Origin: Sphyrna mokarran
Taxonomy: Eukaryota
DNA: 64,000 nt
Reading direction: 5' to 3'
Assembly (NCBI GenBank): GCA_024679065.1
Contig: JAGIQG010000014.1
Coordinates: 25,482,001-25,546,000 of the forward strand
Under the pieces are notes generated by a model. The model was not told where the DNA came from. It worked only from the letters and a program-made list of their open reading frames with translations, and ran no database searches. A program made the translations under genes and the position numbers. Below are positions 48,101 through 60,100 of the stretch, in pieces. The number at the start of each line of letters is the position of its first letter. Positions within the stretch are counted from its first letter, which is position 1.

Positions 48101-51100
48101 ACAGCAGAGCTGTCTTTAATTGCTAATGCCTGCATTATACTCCAAAAAAATTTTTACAAAATACTTACACACTGCAGATATTTCTAAAGATAAATTTCTA
48201 AATTATTATCTAATGCAGCTTAATTACATTTGCTTAACTGTCCTTCAAATAAGTTTAAATAATTCCCAATGAGTTACTATTGAAACTTAGCCAACATAAA
48301 TAAATTGAATATTTAAGTACGCAGCTTACCGGTTTTCTCGCTCTCTGTTTCTTAACAGTTCGTCAACTCCTTTGCCTTGTTTCTGAAAGAAGAAATAAAA
48401 TATTAATTCCCTTGCTGCCACCTGAGTTAATTTTTGAAGTAGCAGAAAATTCTTAAAGTACAATACTAACTCTTATGAAGGAGCTCACATGTTAGACAAT
48501 TTAAATAATTTGCTTATTAAAGGTATGAGAAAATATGTCATCATTCTGCTACTAAAGCACCAAACCCAGCAGTAAAACCCACAGTTTTAAGAAGTCATTC
48601 TGCATGTGAGATTCAATTGTTCTGGTACTTACTATGAATATCTACTTCCAACTATTTAGCTATTTAAATTACAAGTCAGTACTGCTCAGTAACACTGTTT
48701 ACTGGGACAGTGTTTGTTCTACTCAGGCAGCAGTGGTTTTCTTTGGTTGAGGTAAGTGCAAGTAACAGTAACAATGCAAGTTGAAAGGGCATTTTTGCGT
48801 GCCAGTGAAGTAGATTGATTTTGTAAATCCCAAAGCCAACATTTCAATAACCATATCCAGCTACTCACTGGGCTCAATCCTAATAAATAAAATTTAACAT
48901 TAACATATGACTTACCCTCAATACTAGATTTTTATATTTTTGAGACAAATATACTTTCAGCTCTCTGCCATGGAACATAAGAGGTATTTTCTTGAACTTC
49001 TCAATCATGGCCATTGCTATTTGGTGTGTTTCCATTTCCAGGAAAACCTGTAGTTGAAACAAAGGATCATTAGGAAACGTAACTAAGATTGGAAATTGAA
49101 CCAAACAATCCCTACAGTTCAGAAAGGGGCCTTTCAGAGCACTGAATCTGCACTTACTCTCCAAAAGGGCATTACCCAGGCACTCTTATCCTCTATATCC
49201 CTGTGACGCTGCACACAGAGCACAGCTAATTCACCTAATCTGCACATCCTTAGAGTGTGCGAAGAAACCCATGCAGACACGGGAATAACGTGAAAACTCC
49301 ACACAGTCACCCAAGACTGGAATCGAACCCAGATCCCTGGCCTTGTGAGGCAGCAGTGCTAACCACTAGGCCATCCCTCCAATAGGTTCAGCACCACAGC
49401 AGAAATAGACTCACTACAGGCAGCCATGTATTTAATTTTCAAAAGAAGTTCACTTATAATTAGGAATGGCCAGAAATCTTACCAGGGAAAATAACATTAA
49501 CACCATCTTTCCAAGAAAATATACATTTGGGCAGCAGACATTCCTTTCTCTTACTGTGTTAGTTCAGAGCCTTCATGTTAAGCAGATTTATTGCGACATA
49601 CCTAATGATACTACAATCCTTAAAAATAATTCAAATATTTACTAACAATCAATTGTGCATAATCCCTTCTTGAATCTAACAAAGCATCATCCCTAATATC
49701 CTTTTATAGCGTGAACATGAGTAACAAGTAATTCTCACCTCACTTAAAATGCTTCTGCTTTTACATGAGTTTGATCATTCAACATTATAAAATGCATGAC
49801 TCAGTTACTTTGCCTTCTTATTATTTTTATTGTTTTCACTTTTAGAACAGCACTGATGTCACAACCGCATCAGCATGTGTCATCTTCATAGTTGACCATC
49901 TACTTTTACCTAACTATTCATATTTACCTTCACTCCTACCCATCTCAATTTTCTGCTTATGTCATAATGTCAATATTTTATCTTAATATTTGCAGATACT
50001 ACTATTGCCAATAATTAATTCCAAATTCAAAACTTGGATCAGTGAAGCAACAGTTAGTGCAGTTGAATGAATCAATACCCATGACTCAAAAGTAAGAGGA
50101 GGAGAGAGGAATGGTTGGATGGAGCACTTCCCATTTACAGTTTTGGTGCATGAGATCATGATCACCTTTAACATCTCCTCCATGCCTATCCTGACCTGGA
50201 TATACTTAATTGCCTCTTTGTTCTCACTAAGTCATCATTTCTACCTAACAGCTTTGTGGAGCACCTTCATGAAGTAGACTGCAGCAGCTCAAGGAGACCA
50301 TCATCACTTTCAAAGGCAATGAACAGACGGTAATGTCAGCCTTGCTAGCATTGCTTATTTCCCAGAATTTTAAAGAAAATTGCTAAGCAAATTGCATTAA
50401 AAACAAGTTATGTATTAAAATTTTTCCACTAACTGTAAGAATGAGAGTAGCCAATGACAAAAAGGTCTGAAAATTCATAACATGGAATCATGTAATTTTT
50501 GCACTTTTTTCAGAACTGGGATTTCTGAAGCTCTCCCCTCCTGGTGTTGGGGAGGCAGAAGAATTTAAAAGGACAGAATTCCCTTATGCTAATTCAGAAT
50601 TCCACTAAACAATGGAAGTCCTCCCCCCCCTTTAATACACATCAGTTTGGGAACAAAATGACCAACAAATGCTAAGTTAAAATAAATGTTAATTCTATTT
50701 GAATGATTATAACTGTCAAATCCTAATAGGATAAAGAAGCAAAATCAAGGAACTTGCAACACACACTTTAAATAGCCTGAACAAGGCAAGTCCTGAATCC
50801 TTTGAAACACACTGTATTAAAATCCTGCAACCATTGAAATGCTAATAAGTCATATATGTGGCAGCTATTATTTCAAAAACATTCCTTTCTACCAGAACAG
50901 TAATGTATGATCCAAATAACTTAATTCCTTTTATTAGTCACAAAATATTTCACATTATTGCTGACATTTTGAATTCCACAGCACCTGATTCTTTACTCTC
51001 ATCAGTAGGTAGTTGGTCACTTTTCCAAAGGGTATACCAAGGCATACAATTTCTGAATCAGTGTAGCCAACAGAAGGCAAGTTGCTGATGTGGACCACCC

Positions 51101-54100
51101 GACTGCGTTCCTCAATTTCTTTGCCCTAAACACGAATGGAAAATACATTATTTAAACTACATAACTACCAGCACCTTAACTTTCAACAAAACCGGCAATG
51201 AAGTGTCTTCCAGCAAGATCGTCAACAAAGACCAATTTAAACAAAACTGGTGATGAGAAAACAGTCTCTAAAAAATTCATCTGGACTTTGAGTCAAGAGT
51301 CGATTTTCAGGGGACTGTCGATCAAAAATGCAGTTAATTTAGCCGTGAAAACAGATTTTGTATAGCACTTGCTGCAGATGAATATTAACTTCTAAGTTGA
51401 TAAAAGCACTCTTGACCATTCCATTTTTAAAAAAAAACTTGACTCAACATCGAGATAGCTCAAAGAGAATCAGGTGCAGAAAAAGTAATAGTTGGTGAAC
51501 ATAGCGTTTATTAAATAACTGGGTGTGCTCAAACCCCCCTAGAAAATGAAAAGATTGTGTAAATAAGGGAAAAAATCTAAAATCAATAATTTTACTTACT
51601 GAATTGGAGACTCCTTTCGGGCTCTCTGTTGCACGTGGCTGCGTTGGATATTGTGTCTCAGGGTGACCCTGCTTCTGGAAAGGCAACTGCTCCAACAAAC
51701 CACAAAAAAAAAGATAAATCAGAATTTAAATCTTCTGGTTTAAAGGCAGGTTGGTGTTTGCTATAAAAATAATTGAGGAAAAAAAATTGGATTTTTTTCC
51801 AATCTTGAGTCACAGTCCAGTCAAGAAATAATATAAAGAAATACTAGAAGTTAAATTTCTAAGAGTAAAAAAGGAAAGAAAAGGTTAAAGTAGTACTACA
51901 ACCTAGGGATCAGTACTGCAATGACACGGTCATGGAAGTGTTTGAGAAAATGTGGAAAATGGACTGCCTAAGAAAAGAGATTTGAATGCAGCAAACAGAA
52001 AACTGGATGAACTTAACACAATCATTTTCCTTAGCACTGTAAGGTGGAAAACATTTGCTTTGCTGCACAGCCTATTCATCCCAAAAAGCATGAACCACTA
52101 ACAACTGCTGAGACCTTCAGGTTCCATCGATGGAACCAAGAGGACGAAAATATATCACAATTTGTAGCAACATTAAGAAGGCTGGCAATAATTTGAGAGT
52201 TTGACTTGACCCTCGACAGGCTTGACTGTGAGACAGGCTTTTTGTATGCTTTGAAATGAAGCAATTCAAAGACAGATTGCTCACTGAAACTACTATGACA
52301 CTAAAACTTGCTATTGTGTTCATGGTATCCATGGAATTGGCCGGAAAAGGAGCTTCTCAAATTGGAGCTGGAACCAAAACATATGAGATGGAAACTGACA
52401 GAAAGAAATGTCTTAAAATGCAAGCATGTCATAGATATGCCCAAATGGGGGACTTGTCATATGAATGCTGGAGCAGAGAAAATAAACATAAAAACTGTGG
52501 CAAGAAGGGCCACAAAATGAAGGCATGTTGCAAGCCTCCAAGATGTGCAAACACAAGAAAATGTCAAGATTTACAAAAAGAGTCGACAAAGTATCTAAGG
52601 ACAATGAAAATTTCCAAGATGATACCAGACCACTGAAAACTGGAGAACTGAAACTAGGTGTCCTATCCATGAAAGAGGATATACAAAGGTCTGAGTTTAC
52701 CCAAAGTTAGACGGAAATGAAGTAAAAATGGAAGCAGATACCACTTCTCCCAGAAAGTATAAACAATCAGAAACTAAAACATTTGTCACTAAAACCTTTA
52801 AACATAATCTTGCAAATTTATACTGAGGAAGTAGTTCCACAGAAGAGATATATCATGGTTCAAGTAGATGTTAATGGTCAATCAGCAAAATTACCTTTGC
52901 ATATAGTAAAGGGAAATTCTCCTATGTTCTTTGAAAGAACATGCTTACATAAAATCAAGCTTTACTGGGGAGCATTTAACCAATTGGTTGACAGCAAGAA
53001 CACTGCAAAAGCTTCTGGAGAAGGTGGTTGAGAACTCCCTAGGATCCATGACTGCAATGGAGGTAAAGCGTAAGATCAACCCTGATAGCAACTTTAGAAG
53101 TTAAAAGGCAAGAACTGTGCTTTAAGCAGTGAGACAGAAGCTAGAAGCTCAACAAGAAAAGAAAATCAAGAATGCAACAAATAGTCAATGTAACAATGAG
53201 CAACTGGGCAACCTCAATTGTCCCAATTAGCGAATCTGATGGTTCTGTACAAATTTGCAAGGACTTTAAGACAACGATAAATCCAGTCATGTGTGTCAAC
53301 CAGTACCCTATACTGTTCATCAAAGACCTATTCACTGGGTTATCTGGTGGTCAGCAGTTCAGCAAGCTAGACTTGTCCCAAGTATACCTGCAAATGAGGT
53401 TGGCAATTGAGTCACCGCTGAACCACTGCTAATGATTGTTATCCACAAGAGATTGTTCCTGGATAAGCAGCTACCATTCGAAACAACACTTACAACAGCT
53501 ATATTCCAGAAATCAATGGACCAAATCCTATATGGCCTCAAAATGCCCAATGTTATTCGGATGACATTCTAATCACAAGCAAAACTGAATAGGAACATTT
53601 ACAAAGCTTGGAAGAAACACTGGAGCATCTTGAGAAGTCAAACCTCCGTGGGAAGAACGAAGCATATGAATTTTTCGAATAATTCCCATCAGTTATCTAG
53701 GTTATGTAATAGACAAGGATGGCCTCCACAAAGAATCTAAGAAAATGACAGCAATCCTAGATGTGCCAAGACCACAGAATGTGCACAGTTGAGATCATTT
53801 TTAGGACTAATCAATTATTACGATAAGTTCATCCCAAATTTTGTGACACTACTAAAGCCACATCATGCTTGGTGGGCTAACCAAGAATGGAATTGGATGA
53901 AAGGGAATAAAAGTGCATACAAAGGAGTTAAAGACATGCTCAAGCAATTGAGATATTGATTCAGTGCAACTCAAGTGAAAATTCAAATAGCATGTGATGC
54001 ATCACTCTATGGGATGGGTGTGGTATCACCTCACATTATGGCAACTGCGGAGGAGCGGTCAAGAGTGTTCACATCACGAACAATCTCAAGCGCAGGAACA

Positions 54101-57100
54101 AAATTATGCAGAAATTGACAAAAAAGAGCCCTGCAGTTTTAGCATTAAAACAATTTCACCCCAATATGACAGACGAGTTATCTTGTTGACCAACCACAGC
54201 CACTCAATCATTTTTAGTCCATACCAGGGAATTCCTTAATTGGCTGCAAGTCATCTAAAAGCATGGGCATTGATATTATCAATATATAATTATGAAATCA
54301 ATATCAGAGATCAGAACAGCATGCCAAAGTAGATCCTTATCGAGCTTGTCATTTCAAGACAACAATTTCAACATATACTTTTCTCAGGTAGAGAATGCTC
54401 CAATAAAATTGTCTCAGGTATAAATGCATGCGAGGATGACTCGGTAGTGAGTTGGATCACAGACATGGATTTAAGAGAAACATAAGAATAATCCTGAATT
54501 GAGACTTTACATAATCAGCGAACTTGAATTAACTGTCCAAAATGGAGTACTGCTATGAGGGATCAGGGCGATCATTCCTCAATGCTTACAAAGCTGAATC
54601 CTGGATCAACTGCACAAAGGTCATCCAAGGGTAATGCGAATGAAAGCACTCACCCAAAATTGTTTTTGGTGGCCAGGATGTAACTCACAAACAGAAGAAA
54701 AAGTGGGGCAATACTAGTCATATGCCAAAATACAGAATATTCCAACCTACAACCACTTCACCCATGGATTAGCCAAAACAACCTTGGCAGAGGCTACACA
54801 TAGACTTTGCAGGACCCATTGAAGGCTACATGTTTCTTGTCCGAGTGGACATGCAAAATGGACCAAAGTCAGGATAATGAAAGAAAACAGAAACCAGAGT
54901 AGTTGGATGAGTTGCTCACAAGATTTGGATGAGCTGAACAACTAGTCAGTGATAATGGGACTCAGTTAACTCAGGAATTTTTCTATTAACTTAAGAGCAA
55001 TGGTATACAATACATTAGGACTATCCCATATCCATATCATTCACCTGCTAACAGATTGGAGGAGAGGCTTGTACAGTCACTGAAACATGACATTAAAGCA
55101 TCCGAAGATGAAGGTCTGTTACTCTGGGGAATAAATGACTTTCTCGAGTCCTACTAAAACACCATTCATATCACCACACAAAATTCACCAGCAGTGTTGT
55201 TCCTGAGAAGGAAACTAAATTAGATCTACTCACACCATCTGACACAACTACAATAGTAGAGCAACAAGAAGCATAACTTACTGCCATTAGCAAATATCAA
55301 AACTGAGGCATTTTAAGCACAGAGAAAGAGTTTTAGCAAGAAGCTACTCTGCAAGTGAGAAATGGGTACCTGCAACCATTCTAGCTAAAATGGGTCCGAT
55401 GGACATGGATCAAATCCCCACTTCAAACAGTGAATGAGCAGAAATAGTATCAGAAAGGCTTATATCAGACACTAAATATCTGAACCAAGAATTACTATAG
55501 ACCTTAGTTCAGAGTCTACTCCAGTTGAACAACCAACATTTCTGGAAGCTGAAAACAACAAAAAAACTTCACAAGATGAAATACGTGATATTCTTAAAGA
55601 AAAGGCTATCAAGGATGTCAAAGATCAGACTCCAGAATATTGTATCTTACCAAAACAAAATCACATTCACCAAAAAGACTTGTGATCTTACTGCATATTA
55701 ATTGTACATATACATATTATACTGCTTGGTAATGTAACTGATGTGGATAATCATTAAAGTTTAAAAGCTTGTTGTTGTACTATTGAAGCAAAGGGGGAGT
55801 GATGTTACGTATGTGAAACAATGCATCTCTGTATAATTCATCACATGACATACTCTCCCAGCCTAGATTTTGATGAAGTAACACCTATCTCACTGAAGTA
55901 ATCCAAAGGGTGGGCTACCTATTCTTTTCTTCTGTAGAAGAGGCCAAATGTCCAAAACATAACACATCCCATATTAAATAAAATACCTTTATGGTCAACT
56001 TCTTATATTTCTGAGACAGTTCTACTCTGATGATATTGCCATCGACAAAAGTAGGTTTCATCTGGTAAAACTTCACCATGGCTTGAGCTGCTTCAGGATA
56101 CGCCAATTCCACAAATCCCTATAATTAAAAATATAAAAATGTTGAATGCTACCAGATCTTGATAATCACCTGTAATTTTTTTGTATGATCAACTCCAAAT
56201 ATCAATATTCAAACCTGATGGCAAGCAAGCGAAGTATAATGGGAGAAGGAGCAGGAGGAAGAACAACACAATTACAGACTGAGGGATGGAACAAGCACAG
56301 AGAAATTTCAATTATGCGATAGCAGAACATCATTTCTAACATTAGAACAACTTAGTGAAACTATTGTAAAACAACAGAATACTCGCTTGGTAGCTTGGAA
56401 TTGTGTATTGCTGAAAATGGAAACTTTTGTCAAAGTTTTTCATCTTGCACTCATCAGGATAACTTGGAAGAATGCCAAATGTACAGGGAATGACAATTTA
56501 CATTATATAAGAAAGACACACTGGTTGGCAGTTGTGCTCTGAGTGGTAGTGGTATTGCACCAATTAATGGTGACTGACAGTTAACTGCAAAGCATTAACT
56601 AAATTCTAAACCGCAGATGGACATGGATCAAATCTCCCTTCAAAAAGTGAATGACTCTGATTAATCAAGGCATTGCCTTGTGGGATGAACCAGCAAATGG
56701 CTGCCAGTTATTTTGATTAGCTGAAGTTGGCACAACGTATGCATGTTCTTTCTGTCTGCAAAGAACAAGGTTCTGCATATTCATATACGTAGCTCCCAGT
56801 ACATGCAAATGGCTCATACTTCAAGCCTGGCAGACAATCTTAAATTGGTTATCACCATAATTCTGAGCACACTGAAAATTATGTAGTAAGTGTTATCCAG
56901 TCGCAGAATCACATCTATTGCTGGAAACTGTGTGCTATCAATCTCACATAATTGCAAGCAATGTTGGTTGAGTATAATCTGTATCCTGTAAAGAGTGTCA
57001 GGCAAGCTGTTTGATACTGCATCTTGCATGATGCTGAATTGCCTGTCTGATTTTCACATGCAACATGACTGTCTTACAGCCTAGAGATCAACCAGGGCAT

Positions 57101-60100
57101 ACACAGCTATAAACTTAATAAAAGAATGGGAATAATCATCCACAACAAGCACGACTACACAAATTGCATGCCATTCTTAATTATGATCTAAATTTGCATC
57201 CATTGAACTCGCTCTCAACATAACCTTACTCGAAAGTAAGCTGATAAAAACCACTTGGTGAGCTTATATAACAGCCATAAGCTGCCATGGGATATAGGTG
57301 ATGTGGAGGTGCCAGCATTGGACTGGGATAAACACAGTGAGAAGTCTCACAACACCAGGTTAAAGTCCAACAGGTGTATTTGATAGCAAAATCCACTAGC
57401 TTTCGGAGCACTGCCCCTTCGTCAGGTGAGTGGGGGTTCTATTAACAAACAGGGCATATAAAGTCACAAATTCAATTTACAAAATAATGATTGGAATGCA
57501 AGTTTTTACAAGTAATCAAGTCATATAGGTACAGACAATGTGAGTGGAGAGCGTGTTAAGCACTGGTTAAAGACATGTGTATTGTCTCCGAACAGGACAT
57601 TAATAAGATTTTGCAAGCCCAGGCAAGTCATTATGGGAGTTGCAGATAGTGTGATATGAATCCAAGATCCCAGTTGAGGCCGTCCTCATGTGTGCAGAAT
57701 TTGGATATCAGTCTCTGCTCAGTGATTCTGCGCTGTCAAGTGTCATGAAGGCCGCCTTGGAGAACGCTTACCCAAATAAGAGGCTAAATGCCCGTGATCG
57801 CTGAACTATTCCCCTACAGGAAGAAAACAGTTTTGCCTGGTGATTGGCAAGCAGTGTTCATTCATCCATTGTCATGGCGTCTGCATGGCTCCCCAATGTA
57901 CCATGCCTCAGGACATCCTTTTCTGTAGTGTATCAGATAGATAATGTTGGCCTAGTTGCAAGAATATGTATTCTGCACTTGGTGGATGGTGCTCTTACAT
58001 GAGATGATGATATCTGTGCCGATGATCCAGCACATCTTAAAGAGGTTGCCATGGCAGGGTCGTGTGGTGTTGCACTCACTGTTCTCCTGAAGGCTGGGTA
58101 GTTTGCTGCAGACAATGGTCTGTTTGAGGTTGTGCGGTTGTTTGAAGGCAGGAAGTGGGGGTATAAGGATGGTCTTGGCGATATGTTCATCTTCATCAAT
58201 GATATGTTGAAGGCTCCGGAGAAGATGTTGTAGATTCTCTGCTCTGGGGAAATACTGGACGACCAAAGGTAAAAGGTACTCTGTTCATCGTATTTGTCTT
58301 CTGAGATCAGTGCAGCCATACGCTGTGGCGCATTGGAACTGTCGATCGATAAGTCGAATGCCATAGCCTGTTTTTACGAGGGTATCTTTCAGCGTCTGGA
58401 GGTGTCCACTGTGATCCTCATCTGAGCAGATCCTGTATATAAAGAGGGCTTGTCCATAGAGAATGGCTTCTTTAACATGTTTAGGGTGGAAGACGGAGAA
58501 ATAGAGCATCATAAGGTTACCCATGGGCTTGCGTTAGAGTGAAGCGCTGAGGTGACCGTCCATTCCCTGGGCTTGCAAAATCTCACTAACTGTCCTGTCT
58601 AGAGACAATACACATCTCTTTAACCTGTGCTTAACGCTTTCTCCACTCACATTGTCTGTACCTTTAAGACTTGATTACTTGTAAAGGCTGGCATTCCAAT
58701 CATTATTTTGTAAATTGAGTTTGTGTCTTTATATGCCTTGTTTGTGAAAAGAACTCCTGCTCACCTGACAAAGGGGCAGCAATCCAAAAGCTAGTGGATT
58801 TTGCTACCAAATAAACCTGTTGGACTTTAACTTGGTGTTGTGAGACTTCTTATTGTGTGACATACATGACAGGGTGAGTGCTCATGAATCACTGTAGACG
58901 TATGTATGGGCCACTCAAGAAGTACAAGAATCATGACCCTTTATCCCCATTTTATCAATTACTGATTTTGCACAACATGAACTGGCCAAATGGTTGGGTG
59001 ACTTGTTACAGCCAGTTTTGAGCACGTTTTCCCACATATACAGTGAAGAATTCCTTCACATTTGCAAAGACCACACAGGACTTGCAACGATAGCAACAAT
59101 GCATCCCTATGCATGTTTAATATTGCTAGCCTATTCAACTATGTTCTATTTAAAAATATTTGCACTATAGCACTGTATCATGGTGTCCAGACCCGCCATC
59201 ATTATGTGAATCAATATTCATCGAACTTATGAACTTTGCAGCTCATGCAGTTGAGTTCAGTTTTAAGAATACAATGTATGCCCATGCAAATCGTGTTGCC
59301 ATGAGATCCCTTTAGACCCATCTCTTATAAACACACTTATTAGATTTCACGAGAAATGTGCCTTTGATAGAATGACATCTAACTTTTACCCCTTGCATAT
59401 TTATGATATATAGATGACATCTGCTACACTGAAATCTGCAGTTGCCTGTAATAATTTCCTTAGATGGCTTAATAGTCTCCATTCTGCAAATTTTGCCTTG
59501 GAAATGGAGCTGTCATATGAACTCTATTTCTTTAATGCACTAATTGTGAAATCTACCGGGAATTCTCTACCACAGTAGTTAACTGTCAGTGACTATCAAT
59601 TGATGCATTCTTTCAGGCAACATCTTTACTAATCAGAGTCCACCTGCGAACCAATAGCACACTCTTCTCATATGGTACAAATTATTGTTCCCATAACATT
59701 TGGTACTCTTGCAAGTGTGCAGATGAGTGCAAAACAAAAAACTTCAACAACTTTTCCAGCAAAAACAGAACATTGGAACAACCATCAGAACAGTACAGGA
59801 AAATTTAAAGGTTAACTTATGAAGCCATACTTTTTGGAACTAATTCCATACTTCAAAACAAAAATATATATATTGACGAGGGGCCAGGAAAATTATGATA
59901 AAGAAAAATTAACAAAAGATCTCCCTGAAGTTTGCAAAGTATTAAATAGTTTAGATAAGGGGAATGCATAACAATAAATGAAGGTTAGGCTCGGCAAAAG
60001 AAAAAGAGCTAAGGTGGAGTCAAGAGGGTTTAAATGACATATCGGGTAAGCTGGAAATATATCACCATTCCTTCACTGTCATTGGATCAAAATCCTGGAA

